Origin: Camelus ferus
Taxonomy: Eukaryota
Length of the DNA stretch: 64,000 nt
Reading direction: 5' to 3'
NCBI RefSeq assembly: GCF_009834535.1
Contig: NC_045696.1
Location: forward strand, 41,790,001-41,854,000
The notes beneath the pieces are model-generated. The model searched no databases and was not told the DNA's origin. It saw only the letters and a list, made by a program, of their open reading frames with translations. Below, in pieces: positions 1 through 14,010 of the stretch (its first letter is position 1; every line of letters starts with the position of its first letter). Made by a program: the position numbers and the translations under genes.

Positions 1-1620
1 CCCACAGGAGTGAGAGCTCTAAGCCCCATGTCAGGCTCCCCAGCCCAGGGTTCCTACATTGGGAAGAAAAGGAGACCCCAGGACATCTGGTTTTGAAGAC
101 CAGCAAGGCTTGGCTCCGGTAGCCCCACAGGACTGGGGGAAACAGAGACTTCATTCGCTTGGGAAGCGTACATGGAAACTCGTGTGCGCCAGGTTCAAGG
201 GCAGAGGCAGTCATTTCATAGAAACCTGAGCCAGGCCTGCCTGCTGGATTTGGAGGGTCTCCTGGGGACACAGGGATGGCTGCAGCTCACCCAGGGGACA
301 TAAAAGCTGGTGGCAGACATTCTGGGAATGTTCATCTACGTGAGCTTTCCTGGAGGCTGATGTCTTGATTAGATCATTAGCACCAAGATCCAGCCCCACC
401 CAACAGCCTGTAGAGAAGCCTCAGGCCAAACAACATACAGGGTGGGAACACAGCCCCACCCAACAGCAGACTTCCTAAGCCACAAAGGCCTCTACACATA
501 GCCCTACCCACCAGAGGTCCAGGACCAAGCTTCACCCAGCAGTGGGCAGGCATTGCCTCCTCCTGCCAGGAAACCTGCATAAGCCTCTAGTCCAGCCTCA
601 TCCACCAGGGGAAAATACTAGAAATAAGAACACAATAATCCCAAAGCCTGTGGAAGGAATCCACAAACACATAGAAAGATAGATGATATGAGGCAGCAAA
701 GGAGTATCTCCAGACCAAGGCACAAGATAAAATCCCAGAAGAAGAAATAAGTGATGAGGAGATAGGCAATTTATCTGAGAAAAAGTTTAAAGTAATGATG
801 GCAAAGATATTTAGAGAACTCAAGAGAAGTGTAGATGCACAGAACGAAGTTTTTAGCAAAGAGTTGGAAAATACAAGATAAAATCACTGAAATGAACAAT
901 ACACTAGAAGGAACCAAGAATAGACTAAATGAGGCAGAAGAACAGATCAGTGAGCTAGAAGACAGATTACTGGAAATCACTACTGCAGAAGAGAAAGAAG
1001 AAAAACCAATGAAAAGAAATGAGGAGTTTAAGAGAACTCTGGGACAACATGAAGCGCACTAATATTTGCATTATAGGAGACCCAGAAAGAGAAAGAGAGA
1101 GGGCCCTGAGAAAAATTTTGGAGAGATAATCACTGAAAACTTCCCCAATCTGGGAAAGGAAATAGTCACCCAAGTCCAGGAAGCACAGTGAGTATCACAC
1201 AAGATCAACCCAAAGAGGAACACACCAAGGCACGTAGTCATCAGTTGGACAAAAATTAAGGATAAGAAGAAAATATTAAAATTAGCAAGAGAAAAGCAAC
1301 AAATAACATCAAGGGAACTTCCATAAGGTTATCAGCTGATTTTTCAGCAGAAACTCTACAGGCCAGAAGGGAGTGGCATGATATATTTAAAGTGATGCAA
1401 GGGGGAAACCTACAACCAAGAATACCCTATCCAGCAAGGCTCTTATTCAGACTTGATGGAAAAAATCAAAAGCTTCACAGATAAAACAAAAGCCAAAAGA
1501 TTTCAGCACCACCAAACCAGCTTTACAACAAATTTTAAAGGACCTTCTGTAGTCATCAAACCGTAAGGAAAGCGAATAAAAAGAAGAAAGAGAAAAAAAA
1601 AAAAAAAAGACCTACAAAAG
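1..1620 (+). mobile_element. L1 5'UTR, degenerate ORF1 and inter-ORF spacer
   Basis: Peptide ITEMNNTLEGTKNRLNEAEEQISELEDRL is L1 ORF1p coiled-coil-like; ORF1 C-terminal motif gctgatttttcagcagaaactctacaggccagaagggagtgg; frameshifted. Confidence 0.9.
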
Positions 1621-2135
1621 GTTACTCTGGCTGCTCAGGGTCTTTTGTGGTTCCTTGTGAACTTTGGAACTGTTTGTTCTAGCTCTGTGAGGAATGTCAT
1701 GAGTATCTTGACAGGGGTTGCACTGGATCTGTGGATTGCTTTGGGTAGTGTGGCCATTTTGATAGTGTTGATTCTTCCAATTCAAGAGCACAAGAAATCT
1801 TTCCAGTTCTTTGTGTCATTTCACTTTTCGGAGTATAGGTAACCTCCTTGGTTAGGTTTATTTCTGGGTACTTTGTTGTTTTTGATGTAATGGAAATGTT
1901 TATGCCAGTTACAAAATTCTGGTTTTTAAAGTGAAAAAAAAAGGAAATGAAAGGCCACAAATGGCAAAATACCCTTCTTTCTTATGGGTGAGTTGTATTC
2001 CATTCTATATATATATATGCTGCGTCTTCATTATCTATTCAACTACTGATGTGCACTTGGATGCTTCATATCTTGGCAATTATAAATAATGTTGCTGTTA
2101 GCAGCAGGGTGTATGTATCTTTCTGAATTAATTCT
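1621..2135 (-). mobile_element. Antisense L1 ORF2 and 3' fragments
   Basis: Minus-strand KYPEINLTKEV (L1 KYLGINLTKEV) followed by antisense L1 3'-region sequence. Confidence 0.8.
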
Positions 2136-2199
2136 TATTTTGTGGTTGGCTTTATTCCTTTGATAACTATGTAAGTTTAAAAAACTAAAGCTCTAAACA

Positions 2200-2785
2200 T
2201 TCTCAGAAACAATGAACAGTACATATATGTAAATTAAATATATGCACAGTTAAAAAAAAAAGAAATGAGCTATCAAGCCATGAAATACATGGAAGAAATT
2301 TAAAAGACATATTACTAAATGAAAGAAGCCAGTCTGAAAAGGCTACAAACTGTATAATTCCAACCAAATAACATTCTGGAAAAGGCACAGCTACAGAAAC
2401 AATAAAAATATCGTGTTTACCAAGGGTTTGGGGAGAGGGAGGGAGGGAGGAATTAAAAGATGGAGCACAAGGGATTTTTAGGGCAATGAAATTATTCTGT
2501 ATGATACTATAGTGGTGGCTACATAGTCATTATGCATTTGTCAAAACCCACAGAATGTACAACATCAAGAGCGAAACCCTAATGTAAACTATGACTTCGG
2601 TTGATAATAATGTGTCCATGTTGGTTCATCAATTGTACCAAATATGCCACAATGATGAGGAATGTTGAGGGTAGGGGAGTGTATATATGTGGGTAGAGGG
2701 GGCTATGGGTGAACTCTGTATTTTCTGTTCAATTCTGCTGTAAACCTGAAACTGCTATAAAAAATTAAGTCTATTAATAAAAAAT
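2200..2785 (+). mobile_element. Old L1 (L1MC-like) 3' end
   Basis: aaatgaaagaagccagtctgaaaaggctaca... and tgtaaacctgaaactgct...aataaaaa, typical of old L1 3'UTRs. Confidence 0.75.
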
Positions 2786-3149
2786 GGGAAAATACAGGGG
2801 TAAAAGAATAAACAGGATAGAAGAAAAAAAATCCATAATATTGCTACCCAGAGACGATTTTAGTACATCTTCTTCAGGAATTTTATCTGTAAGTGGGTGT
2901 GAGTGGGAGAGGATAGTTAAATTGTGATTATACTTCAAGGATATCCTGCTTTTTCTTCATTAACATTGTGTGCCTTTCCCCATGTCAGTAAAAATTCATC
3001 ACAAATCTCATATAAATGTGTTACACTTATTTTTATAATGTAGAAGAACAATTTACATCCTCCTATTATTGAACATTTAATCAGCCTCTGAATTTTTATG
3101 CTACTGTAAATATTTCTGCAATAAACATCCTTATAAATACAAAAAAAAA

Positions 3150-4040
3150 AAATACACTAGAAGGAATCTACAGTAGATTACCACAAGTTTTACAGACAAG
3201 CAAAAGCTAAAAAAGTTCAGCACCACCAAACCAGCTTTACAAGAAATGTTAAAGGGACTTCTCTAAGTGAAAAAGAAAAGATCACAACTAGAAACATGAA
3301 AATTAGAAAAGGAAAAATCTCATTGGTAAAGGCAAATATACAGTAAAGGTAGTAAAAGCAGCCACTATAAAGCTAGTAGGAAGATTAAAAGACGAAAGTA
3401 GTAAAATCATCCACATACACAGTAAGTAGTTAAGGGATACACAAAACAAAAATCACATATAGATACATAGCTGTGTACAGTGTGGGGAATATAGTCAATA
3501 ACCATGTAATATCTTTAAAGGTCTGGTGAAATATCATAACTAGACTTACCCTGGTGATCATTTTGAAATGTATAGCACCACTGAATTACTACATTATATA
3601 ATAGAAACTAACATAGTGTTGTACGTCAATTATACTTCAAAAACAAACAAACAAACAAACTCATTGAAAAAGAGATTGGGTTTGTGGTTACCAGGGAAAG
3701 GGGGATGGGGGGAGGAGAAAATGGATTAAAATGGTCAAAAGGTACAAACTTCTAGTTATAAGATAAATAGGTACTAGGGGTATAACGTACAACATGATAA
3801 ATATAATTAACACTGCTGTATGTTATATATGAAAATTGTAAAGAGAGTAAGTCTTATAAGTTCTATCACAAGAATAAAATTTTTTTTCTATTTCTTTAAT
3901 TTTCTATCTATAGAAGATGATGGATGTCCACTAAACTTACAGTGATAATTATTTCATGATGTATGTAAGTCAAATCATTCTGCAGTATGCTTTAAACTTA
4001 TACAGTACTTTATGCCAATTATATCTCAATAAATTGGAAG
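3150..4040 (+). mobile_element. L1 ORF1-end fragment plus L1 3' end fragments
   Basis: ttcagcaccaccaaaccagctttacaagaaatgttaaagggac (ORF1 end), then 3'UTR motifs ending attatatctcaataaa. Confidence 0.75.
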
Positions 4041-4218
4041 ACAGATAAAGATGAACAGTAAAATATTTATTTAAAAATTTTTATTTTTCTTTACTTAGAA
4101 CAACATACAGATATAAATAAAATATATCATGACAAGTTGCGTTCTTCCACATATGAGTGATGCACATGTTAATATATTAATATACTTTTTCTCAAGCTAA
4201 TCTGTTTTTTCTCACTTA

Positions 4219-4690
4219 TGTGCCAGCTCAGACACTGAACTTAAGTTGATACAGAAATTTTTTCCTCCCCTAAACCTCATACATGATCAGCTGAATTTCA
4301 TGTCTCCACTGATCTACAAGAACAAACTGCTTGTTAATCAAACTTTAAATGTCTCTACTTTGCCCAGGCCTAAGAACTTTGGACCAACTATCAATCTAAA
4401 CCAGCACACAACCACTCCCTAGAATAGGCTAACCTCAAGATAAAACATTTTCTGACCTACTGTGCAACCTCACCACTTGCTCATCCTACTTCCTCAAACC
4501 TACTTATTTCTAGCCTTGTTTACTCCTCCCAATGTAAGAAAAGTCCTTTTCTGGCTACCTTTTGCAGATCTTGTGATCACACTGTTCTCCCTATTACAAT
4601 GGTCCCTTTCTCCCTTCTTGCAATTGTTCCATTATTTTTCAATTGTGGGTCACTTTACTTTTGCGGGGGAAGTTCTCTCATCTTTGATGT
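4219..4690 (+). mobile_element. Probable solo ERV LTR, family uncertain
   Basis: LTR-like composition with tgtaagaaaagtcc and ctattacaat motifs; termini not clearly defined. Confidence 0.35.
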
Positions 4691-6899
4691 GGTACCTCAG
4701 TAACATTTGTGTAAGAAAACAATGTATTTATACATCTTAATGCAAAAACTACATGCTTGCTCTGAATATCACAGGGAAAAAAAAGATCATTAAAGTTTGG
4801 GTTTTTACTCCCTTGTAATCCAGATGCTGCTTTAGTTTATTATTTTTTATTATTTTATGATTTTTTAACTCCTCTCCCCTAAAAGTGCTACATGCTATAA
4901 AATTTAAATAGAAGAAAGTACTAAGTAATCCCTGATATGTCCCTGAGAAAATAACTCTCAGGCTCATATTAGCCTAAAATACCTTCATTAAGTCCCCTAA
5001 ATAGAGTCTTCCGACAGACTGTTTATGTGATTTCCTTCACACAAATAACAAATTCTTATTACAGGATTCATCTTCAAGCAATCCACTTTCCCATCCTACT
5101 CTACTCCCCAATAAAACCATTTCTTAAAACTTTCTATTATTTTTCCTAGTAATTACTACCACTAATTTTTTTCTTTTAAACAACATCTACTGATAGAATA
5201 TGAGTATTTTTTACTCTTTGTTCCAAGCTTTTTCTGTGTGTGAGAGCAGAAGGATTTATGAATTACAACAAGTGAGGAGAACACTGGGGGTCTTTCCCAA
5301 AGGACTGTCTCTCCATCACACCCCTTCCTGCCAATGATCTCCCAATACACTTAACATCAAAAATTATGTTTAATATAGTCAATATTTTACAATAACTACA
5401 AATGGAGTATAATCCTTAAAAATTATGAATCACTGTACTGTACACCTGTAATTTATATAATATTGTACATCAACTATACTTCAATCTTAAAAAATGATGT
5501 CTAAATCCACAGTGTTAATTTTTACATGAATATTCTTCAAAGCTGAACCACCTAGCCACTGCAGTTACATTTCCTTTTCGTACAATGTTGTTTTTCTAGG
5601 AGTTAATAATTACCTAACTTTTATACACTGACTTTAACTTCTTTTCCATGTAATACCACTGAAAATCACAGACAAAAGATACAGAATTCTCCTCAATAAA
5701 GCTGAAACATCAGGTGGCCTATCAGTTCCAGAAAGAGAAGAATATGGGATAGACACTGCTATGTGGCCTGTAAAGCCTATATTATTTACTACCTGTTCCT
5801 CTACAAAGAAAGTCTGCCCTCTTACACTCTCATTTTAGTGAAGCATATCATAAAAGAGTTTCCTAAGAAAGAGTATATGGCAGGTGATTTTTTTCTGAGA
5901 ACCTTTATGTCTAAAAATGTCTATTCTACTCTCACACTTGATGAGTTCAGTTTGGAACAATGGGCTGGAAACAATATTATCTTTGAATTTTGAAGACATT
6001 GCTTTGAAGAAATACCTTTCAGTGGCTCCTAAAAGTTTAAATGGCATTACAATGCCTGATCCTTATATAACGGGGTTTTCTTTGTTTTTCTTTTTGGTCT
6101 CTGGAAACTGTTCAGATCTTTTTTTTATCTCTTCTATACTGAAATCTAATGATGATGTGCCTTGATTAGAGTTTTTCTTTCTCCTTTTTTCCTCTTCATT
6201 CATAGTGCTAGGCATTCATAAAGCCTTTTTAGTATGAAAATGTATTCTTCAGATATTCAAAGTATTTCCTTGATAAATTCTTCCTCTATTTTCTCTGGTC
6301 TATGTGGTATTCCTATTATTTAGATGTGCTATCTAGTTTGATTCTCTACTTTCCTTATCTTTTCCTTCCTACTGTATTTATTTATTCTATTTTCCAGGAA
6401 AATAATTTAGCTTCATCTTTATTGAAATTTCTTATTGCTGCTACCACATTTATAATTCCCAAGACCTTTTTCTTATTCTCTAAATGTCACTTTTTGTTGT
6501 TTCCTACCTATTCTTCATGGATGTGACATCACTATGTAAAAGATAAAAATAAACATGATAGAAGGTCTTGAGTTTTCCCCTTGCTTATTTTGCCTTTGCT
6601 CCTTTCTTTCTTTGTACCTACCACCCCTACCTCCAGAAAACTTTGACTAGGTGATAAACCACAAGGTTTATCACAAAAACAATCCTTGGAAAATATTGTA
6701 GTGATAGCTATCAGGACCCTAAGTAAGGGCATAAAAAACAGAAAAGATCCATAGGAATAGGAAAGAGAACAAAGATATATATATTCAATCACTATATTTA
6801 CCTGGAGGTGATTTGATTCCTTTGCTATTTATCTATGTTTCTTAAGTTTCCCATCCCACTTTACTTATGTAACAGGAAAAAAAAATAGGAAATTTTTTT

Positions 6900-7465
6900 T
6901 ACTAAAAATAGACTTACCTATGAACCAGCAATCCCACTCCTGGGCATATATCTGGAGGGAACTCTAATTCAAAAAGATACATGCACCCCAGTGTTCATAG
7001 CAGCACTATATACAATAGCCAAAACATGGAAATAACCTAAAAGTCTATTGACAAATGACTGGATAAAGAAGTTGTGGTATATTTTTACAATGGAATACTA
7101 TTCAGCCATAAAAAAGAATAATGCCATCTGCAGCAACGTGGATGGACCTAGAGACTCTTCTAAGTGAAGCAAGACAGAAAGAGAAAGAATACCATATCAC
7201 TCACATGTGGAATCTTAAAAAAAAAAAAAAAGATACAAATGAACTTATTTACAAAACAGAAATAGACTCACAGACATTAAAAACAAACTTATGGTTACCA
7301 GGGGGGAAAGGGGACGGGAAGGGATAAACTGGGAGTTTGAGAATTGCAGATACTAACTACTATATATAAAATAGATAAACAACAAGTTTCTACTGTATAG
7401 CACAGGAACTATATTCAATATCTTGAAGTAACCTATAATGAAAAAGAATATGAAAATGAAAAAGA
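6900..7465 (+). mobile_element. 5'-truncated lineage-specific L1 3' end
   Basis: cagcaatcccactcctgggcatata...gggataaactgggagtttgagaattgcagatactaactac; closely similar to the copies at 40455 and 53785. Confidence 0.9.
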
Positions 7466-8582
7466 ATATTTTAAAGAAATGTCAATCTTAAATAAGACAA
7501 GATGCAGAAGAGAAATGCTCCAACCTTTCTCTGCTCCTCCACTCCTGTTTTACTTCACAGTTACTGCCTTTTTCATTTTGCCTCTAAATTGGATTGTCAT
7601 CTTTTTTTTCTCCCTGACTCCTCTTTTAATATAGCTAGTTATCCCCTGAATGGCAAGTTCTATTTCTAACTTTTTATTGAGGTAGAAAAAAATGGAATAT
7701 GGGAAATAGGACACGGAAATAATGACAAAGTGTTGAAATTTAACATAAATACATCATATATTTACAATAAATATTCAAAAGACTATTCATTTCCTCACAC
7801 CTTAAAAAGAAATGAAGAGAATTCTAAGAGGATGGCAGAGTAGGAAGTACCAAGAATCCCTCTCCCAACCTATAGAACAACTAACTACACTGGCAAAATC
7901 TGTCCAATATTAACTATTTTGAAAATCTGAAGTCTTTTGAAGGCTTGCAACTTCAGGAGAAGGCCTGGGTAAACTGTCATTAATTGTGGTCAACTTCAGC
8001 TCTTAGCACAGTAGCAGCTACCCATCCCAAATCCCTACCTCCTTGGCAGCAGCAGGGCATATGTTACAAGAACAGCTTACACTCAGCAGGCAGAAACCAG
8101 GGTGGACAAAAAGGACCCTACCCTCCAAATATTAGTGATCTGTGCTCTGATCACTAAGTAGAGCGTCTAACCTCAGAGCTGCAGGCCAAGAGGCTAGCAG
8201 CCACTGTGGTTGAACCTCCACTCAAAGTTGTAAGTTCCACCTGTCTAAAACTTTTGAAAGCCAAAAATGAAGAGAAATTCTTGACAACAGCAAAAAAAAA
8301 AAAAAAGTGATTTGTTGCATATAAGAGATTCTCAATAAGATAATAAGATTTTTCACTAGAAATTTTGGAGGCCAGAAGTCCATGGGCTCATATACTCAAA
8401 TTTCTAAAAGAAAAAAACTCTCAACCAAATATTATATATCTGGCAAAACTATACTTCAAGATTGAGGGAGAAATTAAGACATTCCCAGACAAACAAAACC
8501 CAATGGACTTTGTTACCACAAGACCTGTCCTGCAAGAAATGCTCGAGGGAGTCTTGCACAGTGAAATGAAAAAGCACTACAG

Positions 8583-8701
8583 GGGGAGGGTATAGTTCAG
8601 TGGTTAAGAATGCATGGTTAGGGTGCATGAGGTCCTGGGTTCAATCCCCAGTACCTTCATTAAAACAAACAAATAAACACAATTACCACCACCCCCCACC
8701 C
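8583..8701 (+). mobile_element. tRNA-derived SINE (camelid Vic-1-like)
   Basis: ggggagggtatagttcagtggt...gtcctgggttcaatccccagtacc with A and B boxes; 13-bp TSD AAAAGCACTACAG at 8570-8582 and 8702-8714. Confidence 0.9.
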
Positions 8702-11700
8702 AAAAGCACTACAGAGAAACTCAACATTATATGAAGAAATAAAAATCTCAATAAAAGTAAATATATGGACAATTATAAAGTTCTTACTACCATAATTTTA
8801 GTTTGTAACTCCACTTCTGTTTTCTACATGACTTAACAGACTAATACTTTTTAAAGAAAACAATTAGTCTAAAAGCTAGTATTATTTCAACTTTGTTTTT
8901 AACTTCAACATTTGTTTTCTACATAATGTAAAGAAAAATGTATTTAAAATAATTATTAGCTTATGTTTTTAGCATAAAATATACAAAGACATTACATTTT
9001 GACATCAAGAATTGAAAGAGGTACAGATGGAACTGTAAAGTAACAATTTCTTCATGTTGTTCAAATTAAGCAGGTTAGAGACCCAAATTAGAGTACAATA
9101 ACTTCAGAATGTTAAACATAATCCCCATGGAATCCACAAAGAAAACAGCTATACAAAAGGAAAAGAAAAGGGAATTTAAACATTTGACTACCAAAAAATC
9201 AACCAAATGAAAACAAGAGTAATGAAGGAAAGATGGGATGACAAAAAAGCTATAAGATATTTAGAAAACAAATAGCAAAATGACAGAAATAAATCACTCT
9301 CTTTTAATAATTACTTCAAACATAAATAAATTTTCCAGTCAAAAAATGGAGGGTGGCAGGATGAATAAAAAAATATGACCCAACTATATGCTGCCTACAC
9401 AAGATTCACATTGGATCCAAAGACACAAATAGGTTGAAGGAGAAAAGATGGAAGAAGATATTCCATGTAAAAACTACCAAAAGAGAGCATAGCTATATTA
9501 ATATCAGGCAAAATAAATTTTATATCAGAAAAGGCTATAAGAAACAAAGAAAAATATTATATATTCACACAAGGTATAAAACAGCCAAAAGATTTAATCA
9601 TTACAAACATTTACACACCTAATGATGGATTATCAAAAGACATAAAGTAAAAATTGACAGAAAAGAAGACAGAAATAGACAGTTCTACAATAATAGTTGG
9701 AGGGTTTGATATCCCATTCTCATTAATGGCTAGAACAACCTGACAAAAGTAAGGACTTGAACAACACAAAAAACCAATTAACAAGCACACACAGAACACA
9801 GTACCCTACAAGAGAATACACATTCTTCTCAAGTGCACACATAGAACATTCTTTAGGATAGACCATATTTTAGGCAATAAATTAAGCCTCAATAGATTAG
9901 AAAGACAGTTATCATACAAAGCATCCTCTCTGATGACAATAGGATAAAGTTAGAAATCAGTAAGAGAAGGAAAACTTGAAAACTCACAAATTGTGTAAAT
10001 TAAATAACACATTCTTAACCAACAGGTCAAAATAGAAATCAAAAGGGAAATTAAAAATACTAAAGAGATGAATAAAAATAAAAACACAATATACAAACAT
10101 TTATGGAATGCATTAAAGAGAAGGAAATAATAAAGATCAGAGCAGACAAAATGATACAGAATAGAAAAATAATAAAGTTAATGAAACCAGAAGTTGGTTC
10201 TTTTTTTAAAAAATCAACAAACTTGAAAAACTTTTAGCTAGATTGACTAGGAAAAAAAAGAGAGAAGACACAAATTACAAAAATCAGAAATGAAACTAGG
10301 GAAATTGTTAATTGTTCAATAAAAATAAAAAGGACTATATTGAGTATTATAAACTGTATGTCAACAAAATTGGATAACCTAGATGAAATGGTTAAATTCC
10401 CAGAAACACAAAATGTACCAAGACTAAGTCACAAAGAAACAAAATATGGAGAGATCCTATAATTAGTAAGAAAACTGAATCACTAATCAAAAAAAAAAAA
10501 AAAAACCCAAGAAAAGCCCTGGACTTGATGATTTCACTAGTAGATTCCAATAAACATTAAATGAAGAACTATCACTAATCCTTCTCAAACTTTTCCCAAA
10601 AATGGAAGCAAAGAAAACAATTTCTAACTTAGCCTATGAGATCAGCATTACCCTCATACCAAAGTCAAGATACTGAAGAAAAAAGAAAGAAAACTGAAGA
10701 CCAATATCCCTTACAAGCACTGATGCAAAATCCTCAACAAAATACTAACAAAGCAAACTCAGTAGCATATTAAAAAGATTTTACACCATGACCAAGTGGG
10801 ATTTGTTCCTAGAATGCAAAAAGGGTTCAATATATAAAAATAAATTGATGTAAAAACCACATTAACAGAACAAAGAGGGAAAAAAACATGACGATGCCAA
10901 TTAACACAAAAAAGCATTTGACAACGTTCAATATCCTTTCATGATAAAAACTCTCAAAAAACTAGGAACAGATGGAAATTGCTTCAACACAATAAAAGCC
11001 ATATATGAAAAACCCAAGTGAACATCATGCTTAATGATGAAAGACTGAAATGATTTTCCTCTCAATCAAGAAGAAAAGGATGCCTGTTCTCATCATTTCT
11101 ATTCAACATAATATTGAAAGTTCTAGCCAGTAAGACAAGAAAAAGGAAAAAAAAAGGCATCCAAATTAGAAAGGAAGAAGTTAAATTATCTCTATTCACA
11201 TGACGGTATCATCTTATATATAGAAAAGCCTGAAGATTTCACAAAAAAAATGACTATTAAACCAATACATGAATTCAACAAAGTAGCAAGATACAAAGTC
11301 AATGTGCAAAAATCGGTTGCATTTCTATACATTAACAGCAAAGGATCTGAAAAGGAAATTATTAAAACAATTCCTTTTATAATAGCATCAAAAAGAACAA
11401 AATACTTAGGAATTAACTTAAACCAAGGAGACAAGACTCATAAAATGAAACTATAAAACATGGCTAAAAGAAATTGAAGAAGACATAAATATAAACGCAT
11501 CTAATGTTCATGGATTGGAAGACTGAACGTTGTTAAGATGTCAATACCGACCAAAGTAATCTACACATTGAATGCAATCATATCAAAATCACAATGAAGT
11601 TTTTCTTACAAAAACAGAAAAACCTATCCTAAAATTCATATAGAACCTCAAGGGACTCCCAATAGTCAAAACAATTTTGAAAAGGAAGTTTAAGCTATAA

Positions 11701-12529
11701 GACTCACATTTTATTTCAAAACTTACTACAAAGTTACTTCAATCAAAACAGTGTATACTAGGATAAAATCAGACATATAAATCACTAGAATAGAATAGAG
11801 AGCCCAAAAATAAACTCTTACATGTATGGTCAATGATTTTTAACAAGACTGCCAAGATCATCCAATGAGGAAAGGACAGCCTTTTCAACAAATGGTGCTA
11901 GGAAGACCGGATATATTCATGTACTAAAGAATGAAGCTGGACCTCTACCTAACTCATGTATAAACATTAACTCAAAATAGATCAAAGAACTAAATGCAAA
12001 AGCTAAAATTATGAAACATAAGAAAAACATTGGGGAAAATCTTCATGACCATGACATTGGATTTGGCAATGATTTCTGGATATGAAACAAACAAACAAAA
12101 AAAGACAAAATGTACTTCATAAATAAAATATGTGCATCCAAAAACACTACCAACAGAGTAAAAAGCCAAATCACAAAAATGGGAAAAAAAGATTTGCAAA
12201 TCATACATATGATAAGGGATTAATATTCAGAATATATACAGAACTCTTAAAGCTCAACAACAACAAAAAAACCCAACTTGTCCAATTCACAAGTGGGCAA
12301 AGAACTTGAAAAGACATTTTTCCAAAGGTACACAAATGGCCAATAAGCACATGGAAATATGTTAACCATCACTAATCATTAGGCAAATACAAATCAAAAC
12401 CACACGGAGCTATCACTTTAAACCCATGAGGATGGCAATTAAGAAAAAAACAAAACTAACAAGGTTGACAAAGATGTAGAGAAAAGTGGAACTCCTACGC
12501 ACTGCCAGAGGCAATTTAAAATGGTGTAA

Positions 12530-12663
12530 GGGGAGGTGATAGCTCAGTGGTAGAGTGCCTGCCAAGCATGCACAAGGTCCTAGGTTTAATCCCCAGCACC
12601 TCCACTTAAAAAATAAGTAAATAACCTAATTATCCCTCACCTAAAAAAAATAATAATAACAAT
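12530..12663 (+). mobile_element. tRNA-derived SINE (Vic-1-like)
   Basis: ggggaggtgatagctcagtggtagagtgc...; TSD AAAATGGTGTA at 12518-12528 and 12664-12674. Confidence 0.9.
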
Positions 12664-13297
12664 AAAATGGTGTAGGTGCTAGGGAAAATAATACGGTGGT
12701 CCTCAAAAAATAAAAACTGGAATTATCATATGATCCAGCAATTCTACTGCAGGGTATATACCCTGAAAAATTGAAAGCAAGGTCTCAAAGAGTATTTGTA
12801 CATCCATGTTCATAGCAGCATCATTCACAACAGCTAAAATGTGGAAAAACCCCAAATGTCTACTGACAAAGGAATGGATAAGCAAAATATTGTACATACA
12901 TGCAATGGAATATTACTCAGCCTAAAAAGGAAGAAAATTCTGACATGTTAAAACAGGGATTAAACCTTAGAGACAATATGCTAAGTGAAATAAGCCAACC
13001 ACAAAAAGACAAATACTGAATGAGTCCATTTATGTGAGGAAGGTAGTCAAATTCACAGAGATAGAAAGTAGAATGGTGGTTGCTAGGGGCTCAGGGATAA
13101 GGGATAAATAGGGAGTTATTATTTAATGGCTATACAATTTAAGTATAACAAGATGAAAAGAGTTCTGGAGATGGATAATGATGATGTGAGGACAATATTA
13201 TGATATATTTAACACCACTGAACTATACATTTAAAAATGGTTAAGATGGTAAATTTTACATTAGGTGTATTTTACCATAATAAAAGAAGCAAAACAA

Positions 13298-13537
13298 GGG
13301 GGACAGTACATCTCAGTGGTAGGGGGTAGGGCATAGCTCAGTGGTAGAGTGCTTGCTTAGCATGCACAAGGTCCTGGGTTCAATCCCCAGTACCTCCATT
13401 AATAAATAAATAAATAAATAAATAAATAAACAAACAAACAAACAAACAAACAAACCTAATTACCTCCCCAATAAATGAATTAATTAATTAAAAATAATTA
13501 AACAAAATTTTTTTCAATAAAAATTGTTATAAAAAAT
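13298..13537 (+). mobile_element. tRNA-derived SINE with duplicated head and (AAAT)n/(AAAC)n tail
   Basis: Two successive heads, each ending ctcagtggtag; TSD AAGCAAAACAA at 13287-13297 and 13538-13548. Confidence 0.88.
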
Positions 13538-14010
13538 AAGCAAAACAATAAATACATCTGTCAAAATCATAGACATACATTTAAAACTGATGCATATTCT
13601 TCTACATAAATGATACACCAATCAAGCTGATTTATTTAAAAAAAAGAATAGAAAACCTAATAGTTCTATAACCAAAACTAACACACCAAAAAAGGTAATA
13701 TAAAACAACAAAAATTTATTCATTTTATTTACATGTCCTGAGGTAGAAGTTAATTTTTAAGAAGCAATAAAGAATATGAGAAAGGAAACTGACAGATTAC
13801 AAGATCATTTCTGAAAAAAAATAATCTCTAGTCCCAAAAGGGCTCAATTTCTCTCCAATTTCAAGATGTCTATTTGGGTTGAAATGTGACCCTCCAAAAA
13901 AATATCCTAAAGTCCTAACTTCAGTACTTCAAAAATGCTACTTTATCTGGAAATATTGTCTCTACAGAGGTAATCAAGTTAAAATGAGGTCAGTAGGTTA
14001 GGCCCTAAAA

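Larger units (their letters stand above)
7820..13290 (+). mobile_element. Near-full-length degenerate old L1 (L1MB-like) with SINE insertions
   Basis: 5' end gatggcagagtaggaag; ORF1 remnant (EGEIKTFPDKQ...FVTTRPVLQEMLEGVL); ORF2 endonuclease and RT remnants (NVQKSVAFLY, KYLGINL); 3'UTR aaaaatggttaagatggtaaatttta. Many stops and frameshifts. Confidence 0.9.

Noticed and set aside
391..467. 17-nt direct repeat CAGCCCCACCCAACAGC with 60-nt period (array-like)
   Set aside because: Only two copies, inside an L1 5'UTR where short repeats are common; not a CRISPR-like array.
7820..13290. Possible active full-length L1
   Set aside because: ORF1 and ORF2 are broken by many stops and frameshifts and by SINE insertions.
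13322..13400. tRNA-Ala-like sequences (also at 8583, 12530 and 43510)
   Set aside because: They have TSDs, A-rich tails and degenerate stems, so they are SINEs rather than tRNA genes.
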